Positions 25,801 through 34,800 of a stretch of 64,000 nucleotides of DNA are shown piece after piece. The notes beneath the pieces were generated by a model. The model saw only the letters and a list, made by a program, of their open reading frames with translations, was not told the origin of the DNA and searched no databases. Made by a program: the position numbers and the translations under genes. Each line of letters starts with the position of its first letter. Within the stretch, counting starts at the first letter, position 1. The DNA comes from Phoronis australis (Eukaryota > Animalia > Phoronida), in assembly GCA_002633005.1 (NCBI GenBank), contig NMRA01000188.1:294921-358920 (forward strand). Reading direction: 5' to 3'.

Positions 25801-28800
25801 GCAATTTTTTGTGGTAGTCATTGTCTCGTGAGTGACCAGTGTCAATATGAAGGCAATCCAATCTTTAGTGTTTCCATGTGTTACTTGTTTCCAGTGCAAC
25901 TCACAACGATGAGATGTGTAACTTTTACGTGATGTACTATACGGACGCTGACAAGGGCAAGACGTTCTACGACTGCTGGGGTGACCGCCTGAAGGGCTCG
26001 TACAAGTTCCCGGCTGGATCGGACACTCCACTGCCACCCAACCCACTCTTGAAGCACCATCACCACCATCATGGCGGTGGTGGTGGTGATCATGATGGTG
26101 GCGGTGTTGATGCCCACAATGTAGGCCATGTTACTGGTGGCAAAGTGAAGACGGACGACAGTAGCTTGTTAGGTAAATATAAGGCTCTCTTGGCTAAGAA
26201 GCATTTCAGAATCAAGCGTAGGTCACGTCATTACAGCAGTAAGTATGCAGGTGGCGCTAGTGACAGTGGTGGACTTAGCGGGTACAGAGGTGCATCAAGC
26301 CGCGCCAGAAGACCACCAGATGATGAGGGGTATTATTACTACCACAATGTTGAAAATCAGCGCAACCGAGCGCACCACTTGGCACCGAGCATGCAATCGA
26401 GGCCATACAATGCAAGGGAGGACGGAGATGACACGCATGTCGGACGCAGTAGGCCGGACGGAGAGACTGATGAACGGCGAGTGCGACCCCCAACATGGTC
26501 TGGACGGTACAGCGACCATGAGTATCGGGGGGAGCACAGTGGACCTGTATTGGAGTCACCCCCCGAAGACGATGAGGATGGTGAGCAGGGTGTCCATAGC
26601 GACAGCGAAGCAGAGCTGAATGTGCATGATAATCAGCCTAAACGCCCCTCACAGATGAATGGAGAGGCAATTGAACACAATGGTTTCAGGCCAGCAGATG
26701 GTGTTAGGAGTCACTCGATATTGCCAAAGAAAGGCATTTCCCTGCGGAAGAAACCCAAGCCATCGCATCCGGTGTCAACAGATGGAGAGCCATCTGGTGT
26801 CACGAGTGGCATCGCCAAGGGAAACAGAATGATGGCTGAACAGATGGCCAATCCTGTTGCTCCATCTGGTGGTGGTGGTGTTGGTGGTGGTGGTAGTGAT
26901 GGTGGTGGTCATGTGAAGTCGACGTCTCCTGTGCGAAAGCCGCATAGTAAGTCTGTGAATTGGAAGGTTGCAGTGGGATGATTGCTCTGCCATGCCTGTG
27001 TCATTGATACAACTAACTGACACGTTTAATTTGCATTTTTGTCAGATGTTCCAAGAAATTGCGTATTAGTCACATGTTTGATATTCTAAATGGTCTCCAA
27101 TTATTTTGTTCTTGGCATTAGTGGAGAAAGTTGAGATTCCAATTTTCCATTTTCAAAAACAAAGTTAACCTTTTTATCAAGTTTAAAATTCTGTTTCTTC
27201 TGTTTTTTAAATTATCAAGTTTAGTTCTACTACTGTGAAGTCACAATGAACATAAAGTGATCTAGGTATTGCCATTGCTTTTTTCACCGCTGATGACTTA
27301 TTGTTCCTCAAAACCACAAAAGGAATATTGCCACCTACTTGAACACATTCGCTGAAAAACGAGCGTTGGTGTATTATATTCGTAATAGCGAATAAAAATC
27401 ACAAATATTGGGACTATGGTAGACTGCTGACCCCACCTTTTAACAAAAATTAACACATTTTACATATACACGGATGTGTAACTCTTTTTCAAAATTTCTA
27501 TTTCTGTCTGTTTTCTATTATCACGTAAAACCAGTTTTTCTAAGACATTAGAATGTCATGGCCATTATAGGCATGATGTTATTTGTGTGAAGAATGCTGC
27601 TGTCACAATTTTGCAGTGACATCTGTAGGCAGAGAAGTACAAATAATGTGGCCATCTGTGATGTCTCACCACATAGCTTAGGGATGATATAATGATTAAC
27701 GATATTACTTGTATGTACGCCCCATCAGATTTTTCTTAAGAATATCATAATGGGACCTATTGAATGACTATTCGATTGGATAAAAATCGTTCTTTATTTT
27801 CCATTTGCAAAGTATACGACTGCGTGTGTTTGCATCATTTTTGTGCATTCGTCGGCCAAAGTAATTGCAATGCCCACACTGCAGTTCTAGTGGCCTCAAA
27901 AGTTTTTTTCTCTGCAATGTGCCTCTGGGTTCCTCCCAATTTTCAGACTTGTCTCTTTTACATGACGCAGGCATGCGCACTCGTTCAACTGTGATCCACC
28001 TCACTGGCTGTTGTGACTGTTGACCCTTTTTTCTACACTGTGGAGTAGTTTCAAAATATTGACAAAATCTCGTAATTCACAAGTATTCGGATACTCGCCA
28101 TGTTATCACTCGTAAATTATAAAAGCAAGTTTGAGGAAGAGCAGTCAGTGCTGTTTTGTGGGAAAATTCAACAAAACATTTTTTCAGAACTGTGCCTTGT
28201 TTTTTTGAAGAAAAGGTTTTGTCAAATGTTTTTGAAAATGCATTTTGTTATCTTCTTTTGTTTCTTAATCCTATTTTATTCGTCGCTTCAAACCATTTCT
28301 GAATCGGTTTTAGTCGATTTGCTGTTTACATTCGTTTGTGTTGCCTACCAAACCAGTGTAGTCTGTGCTCAGTCTATAGAATTGCACGTGTGTTGCTTAA
28401 TAGAGCTGTTATAAAACCTCTGTAGAGAATTAACTTTTAATGTAAACCTCTGACTGTAACAAAACTGTTCTCATCTTGTGCCTAACTCTTATCGCATGAT
28501 ATCTGGCTGAGGAAGAACAGGTTGTTTGGTGTTTACTGACACCTGGTGTCAGTTTTGTAAAAAGGAACTACTAAAGCCAAAAATCATGTCTTGCTCTCTC
28601 TCACTTTGCAATCCATGTAAAGTAATGATGAGTGCATTACAGTCTAGAAATGATCTACAGAAATTGTCTCAGTAACTTGCAGTGATGTGTATATTGTCAG
28701 GCCTGCATTTTAGCTTAAGTGGGATTTAATTATTTTTCTGAAGCAGTCATGTGGAGTGTAAAACCAAATTTCACATGATACCCCAGTCGCAATAAGTTGG

Positions 28801-31800
28801 CAAGTCACATCAGCTTAGTTTTTGTGCTGGGCGTGATCACAAGCATGTTACTCATGTGAACCCAGAAATCGCTTCTCTTCTCGATAATAAAGATATTGAG
28901 CAGAAGTCTTCTAAATAAAGAGATTAGTTTCTTTGACAGATGTTTAGTGTTATGCAGTGTTAATTATTAGTTAATTATTAGTTAATTATTAGTTGGGATT
29001 TGTGAGTCTTAACTAACGATATTGAAGTTGAATTGAACTCAGTTGAACTATAGAATGCTGTTATTTTGTTTATATGTAAGTTCTAACTTATGTTTATTAA
29101 GTTCTAAGTGTTAAGTTTATGAGCTAGTACGTAGATGTGTTAGGAAATGGATTACCAGAGGGGATCTTTGATGAGACTGTTTTAGGCCCTGGTCACTGTG
29201 TGTGTGCGCGCTATTGAAACATTATCATGTGTTAGCTTAGTTAAATGACACTCACAGTTGATAAATGTCTTTTCTAAATCTCCAGTAGATGTACTTGAGC
29301 TGTGAGCTGTGCTTGTGTTCATCACCAGCAGCAAACCGAGCAATTTATTCAAAAGTTGTATTTAATTTAGCCTAAGGCTGCTTTTTTGATTTTCACAAAA
29401 TTAAGTGTAGCATGATTGAAACTCCGTCTACGTCTAGCTTTGTCGAAGTTCTGGTGAAAACAGGACGAAAACAGGCGAATAACAACACACCGAAAGTTAT
29501 CCTGAGAGTTTTACTTTGATTGAAAATGCACAGATTTTTGACATGAAGAATTTTCTTCAAAATTTTTGAAAACTTGAGGTACGTTGTACTATTTATTAAC
29601 TTCATGCTCCAGTTCTGATGTTTCTAATTGTGTGTGCTTCGTTTTGTGTTGTTTTGAGTTGAGCCACTGCAGCTGTTAAGCTGTATCTTTGACAGCGTGA
29701 CTGATCCATTGTAGATCTTGTTTCTTTTCTCAGCCAGCTCCTTGGGTGTTTACCTTAAGTTTGTATCAATAATTTGTAGTTTGAATTCACATGATGCAGC
29801 AGTTGTTTTTGGAAAACTCGGATCTTTATCTAGTACTTAAAATAACATTCGAGCTTGTGGTGTTCATTGAATTCTATATAGTCTTTTTGACAAAAATGTC
29901 ACCATTAATGTATTGAGTGTTAGTCATTAAGTTGTTTGTTCTGTTAACGTGTTGATAGTTGCCTCAGAGAAATGAATCTTCTGCCATGTCTCAAGCCTGG
30001 TAGAATTTTTCAGTTTAATTAGGCATTTGGTCTGGAGTCAAAATATTTTTTGTTGGGGTACACTTGGTGCTTGTCAAGTCAATGACTGTGTTTAACAGGG
30101 ACTTTATTGTATTTTATTATAATTAAAGTCAAAAGTGGTCTGTTATTAAGATTTTCCATTGATATCCAGTGTATTAGACTCACGTAATCACCACTATCCA
30201 AAGTTGCCAATCATTCTCCTCAGATATGACTGCAGTAAAGAACTGGCCTAAATTACCCCAAGGATTGAAACTTGGTCAAGTGGCTGGCATAGATACAGAC
30301 TCTAGCGGCCTGGTGTACCTGTTTCACCGCGGGCCTATTGTTTGGGACGGATCGTAAGTACTATGTGAACGCACGCGCGCACTCTTGCTTGATTAGTAAT
30401 CCCTTAACGGGTATAAAATACGGCTGACAAGTGGAATTCTGTGTTGTCAAATTTTCTCCCTAAAATAAAATTTTTCTCTATTACTAGTATGGTTTGCACT
30501 GTGTAGATATCACAGAACTTTACTCAGTAAGATTTCCAGTATTTGTAGCAAAGGAGACTGCCTTTGAAACATGGAAAATGACAATCTTGTGCAAAATAAG
30601 GGGACGACTTAGGAAATAATGTTGTTATCAAACAGTATGCTCACGGATAATTCTTGGACGGGCGTCGTTGGTACATGAACATTTCCATTAATGCACCATA
30701 TTGCTTCACTCCGGCCAGTCGACCCATTAAAACTGAGTCAAACTCATTGCGTTCAAACGCTTATGCAAGGACAATACTGAGCAGCCAATCAAAACTGATG
30801 TCAATGACCATGTCAAGTGTATGACGGAAGGAATTTCGCATATTGTGCCTGCGGATACGATACATATCCCTAAACATTAGTCGGGATTGATTTGTTTGCT
30901 GATTCGTTTAGACCAATCATGAGTCTATGTGTAAGAGAGGTAACATGTGAAATTATGCAAAATCATGCACATTAAAATGCTCCCCAAAATTCAATCCAAA
31001 AGCAACAAACAGAAAATGTCGACGTCACGGTAGATCCTCCAAGCTGTCCCTGAGATTTTAGGCCCAGTGGGTTTGTTGACACATACGTAGACCTCTGTTT
31101 CTAGAAGGTTCGCTACAAGAATAATTGAAAATTGCACAAGTGTCGTTAAAATGGCCACTTGTCTCTCTTCACATGATCATACCTCTGCAAATGTGCAATG
31201 TTATCAGTTTCTGTTAGTTATGCCACGACCTTCTTTGAATGTTTCTGCCAGGTGAAACTTAAAAAGCTCGCATTACTCAGAACTTTGAAAATTCCATAAT
31301 TTTTCACCTGAAATAAAACAAGTTTAAACGTACTACTTAGCAAGAGACTTGACTAATTCTGTCGAAATCAATTTGTGGTAACTGTGTCAAAACTTTTGCG
31401 TAAGATTGAACAATTAAGTAACAAAAAATTCTACAAAATTTTGTTGTTTTTTTTGATGAAAAGGTTCATGTGAAGTTTCATTTTGGAATCTACCAAAAAT
31501 GAACAGTAACTTTGAATTTCTTTTGTATTGAAGACGCAAGTTCCAGATTTTTTACAGATTGTGAAACATATTATGTCTGTTGTTGGCAATTGCCATTGAT
31601 TGTTTCAATCCATATTGTGTTCCAACTATTGAATTTTCTCTCTGTTCCTTTTTCCTAGATCGTTTGACATGCGCAACAATTACCTGAAGATCAAGGACGG
31701 GCCAATCAAACAGAAGACTCTGGTCTCTGTTGACTCCGAAGGCCATCTGGTGGAGAAAGGTGGAGACAACATGTTCTACATGCCACATGGTCTTACCATT

Positions 31801-34800
31801 GACTGCGATGACAACCTCTGGGTCACAGATGTGGCTATGCACCAGGTAAATTAATTTTTTGCAGTTATTTCAGTTGACTGGACCTCAATTTCAACTGCCT
31901 CTTGTGTCATGTAGTTCAGGTTACCTGCTGGCACAAGTTTTGTCCCAACCTTATTATGTTTATAAGTTAATTGTTATAGTTTGAGGTATTTCTAGTTTTG
32001 GTGGAACTAATGAATGTGATTGTTGTAATATGTCCGACGATTTAATGAACTGCTGTGTCCATTTTCAAACTCTTCTGATAGAAAATACATTGTTGATATT
32101 TGAGAAATATGATGAATGTTAAAATTACCCATAATTCAATGTCCTAATCGTGGGAGTCCTAAACTGGTGGAGAATTTTTACCCTAAAGTCCACTCATATT
32201 GTGTTTGTGGCTGATTCTGACCTTGGTATGCTCTGTCCAGGTGTTCAGGTTTCCAAAGGGCAGCGGTAAGCCAGATCTGACTCTTGGAGAGAAATTTGTC
32301 CCTGGCAATGACGAGCATCACTTTTGCAAGCCAACAGATGTCGCGGTACTGAAAAACGGTGATTTTTTCGTGTCGGACGGCTACTGCAACACGAGGGTCG
32401 TGAAGTTCTCCAAGAACGGCACGGTCATTACTCAGTGGGGGTTCAACAAAAACAACCAGGAAGAGAGTAAGTAGAATTCAGGTCACTAGGATGCACGCGA
32501 GGTAGTACCATATTTACCAAGTGGTGTCTGGAGTAACAGAGCATGGATTCCCTGTGACATTGTGACATTCTGTGACAAAACTTGTTTACCTGAAATTTTG
32601 TGACATTTTGTGATATTTTGGGAATTCTGTGACAAAAGGTAATAAATTTTCTGAGCCAAATAGGCTGTTATTGTTTTGTTGGGTTTGCAGTTATTTTGTG
32701 ATGCATCAAGTAGTGGTTCCTGTTTTCATAAATTGTAAAATTATGGACGTCATCAAATATTGGGTCTGGCACATGTGACAAAAGCAAAGTTGATATGACA
32801 TGCATGCACACAGGTAAAAACGCCGTGACAAATGAGACTTCCCTGTGACATTTTTTGAAAATTTCGAGATGTGACATAAGGGGGATCCATTCTCCGCAAC
32901 AAGTATTCATCCAGTAGAGTCTGACCCTCTGACACCCTTGTCCATCACAGTGACTAAGTGTGCTAATGTGTGGTAGCTAATATTTTAGTAGGCTAAAAAA
33001 AGTTTGATATGATTTTAAAAAATATTAATGTGTCAACTCTTAAATTTTAATGTAGGACATAAATAATTCCACTATCATTAGTCGTTCGTTGTCATCATTG
33101 GCTTCCACCTGCTGTTTTCCAGAAGATGGTTTCCCTCCCGCTGGCTCGTTCAACCTGCCCCACGGTCTGGCACTGGATGAGGCTGGTGACACCGTGTGTG
33201 TGGCCGACCGTGAGAATGCTCGCATTCAGTGCTTCGACCTCAATGGCAAGTTCAAGTATCAGCTGCACCGACCAGAGTTTGGTGATTCAGTGTACGCCAT
33301 CGCTCATAGCAACAGCTTCGGTAAGGATTGTAGCCACCACTTGTTTTTAATTTTTTTTTTCACAATGAATCCCCCAATCTTGTGTTTTTATCACATCAAA
33401 TCAAACTTGTCTATTTTTTATTTCTAAATCAAAGGCAATAGACCAATTATACAAAAATGTATTTGTGTTATCTGAAGCAGCTGCAGGCCTTCCTTTTATT
33501 ACAAAAATTTGATTTTATAGTCTACTTACCATTATCAATGTTTTGTATTTTTTCTCAAGTTAGTCTGTAAATTGCATTTATTCTTGGAATGAACTGACAC
33601 GCTTATGATTATTTGTTATCATACTTAACAATTTGGGTTGTCACGCCGAGCTGTTTTATTCGTCGAACATTTTCTCAATCAATAACGAATCGTGAGTTCT
33701 TTCTGAGCCCAGAAAACCCCATCTGCGCAATGATGAAGTTATTATCCTGAATATCTGCCTGAGCTTTTGTTTTGATCTTTGTAAAGAATGTCAGGTGGAG
33801 CATCGCATGTTACCATGGAAAGCAACCAATTCTGATGACCCTGGTGTGCCCCAAACCTTGTTGTATTATGAAATATTGATTATTTAAATCCTGTCTAACT
33901 TTCATTTTGTAATTCTGTTTGTTTGTCTTACTGTCTTTGTATGTTTTTACTGAGGGCCACCATGGAAAGCAGTGAGATCTGATGGGCTACCCACATTGTA
34001 AATAGTCAAGTTGTACATTGTTGTAAGTCTGTGTCAATATGTTTTGTTTTGCAGGTGGAGTGTTGCATGTTGTCACAGGACCTAATAAACCAAGAGGCTT
34101 CTGCCTTGCCATGAACTCTACTGGAGAGATTCTGTCCACATTTGAACCCAAGGAGGTAATGTATTGCTACTTTACACACACAGACACAACAATGACCGAT
34201 TGTTTTCTGATAAAAATGATTGCTTAGACGTAAACTTAACTCCTTCATGTTGTGGTTCGGGTTGAGCCTGTTTCAAGGTCTTCAGTTCTGTGCTTATTTG
34301 ATATCTATGTATTTGTAGCGGTTTGCATTGTTTTTGTTGTGTATCGGTGTTGATCCTCTGCCTCGCTCCCCCCACCCCACCTTCCCACCCCACCTTTCCA
34401 CCCCACCTTCCCACCGCACCTTCCNNNNNNNNNNNNNNNNNNNNNNNNNNNNNNNNNNNNNNNNNNNNNNNNNNNNNNNNNNNNNNNNNNNNNNNNNNNN
34501 NNNNNNNNNNNNNNNNNNNNNNNNNNNNNNNNNNNNNNNNNNNNNNNNNNNNNNNNNNNNNNNNNNNNNNNNNNNNNNNNNNNNNNNNNNNNNNNNNNNN
34601 NNNNNNNNNNNNNNNNNNNNNNNNNNNNNNNNNNNNNNACCTTCCCACCCCACCTTCCCACCTTACATTCCCACCCCACCTTCCCACCCCACCTTCCCAC
34701 TTCATTGCAGTTGAATAAGTTAGAATAAGCTGTTTGCTGTGCTGCACTTTTCTTTCTCATTTCGATATCAACCATTTGGAAAAGTAAAGAGGGAGTGTGA

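Noticed and set aside
34172-34775. ORFs spanning the N gap
   Set aside because: Artefacts of Ns and the 13-bp repeat.
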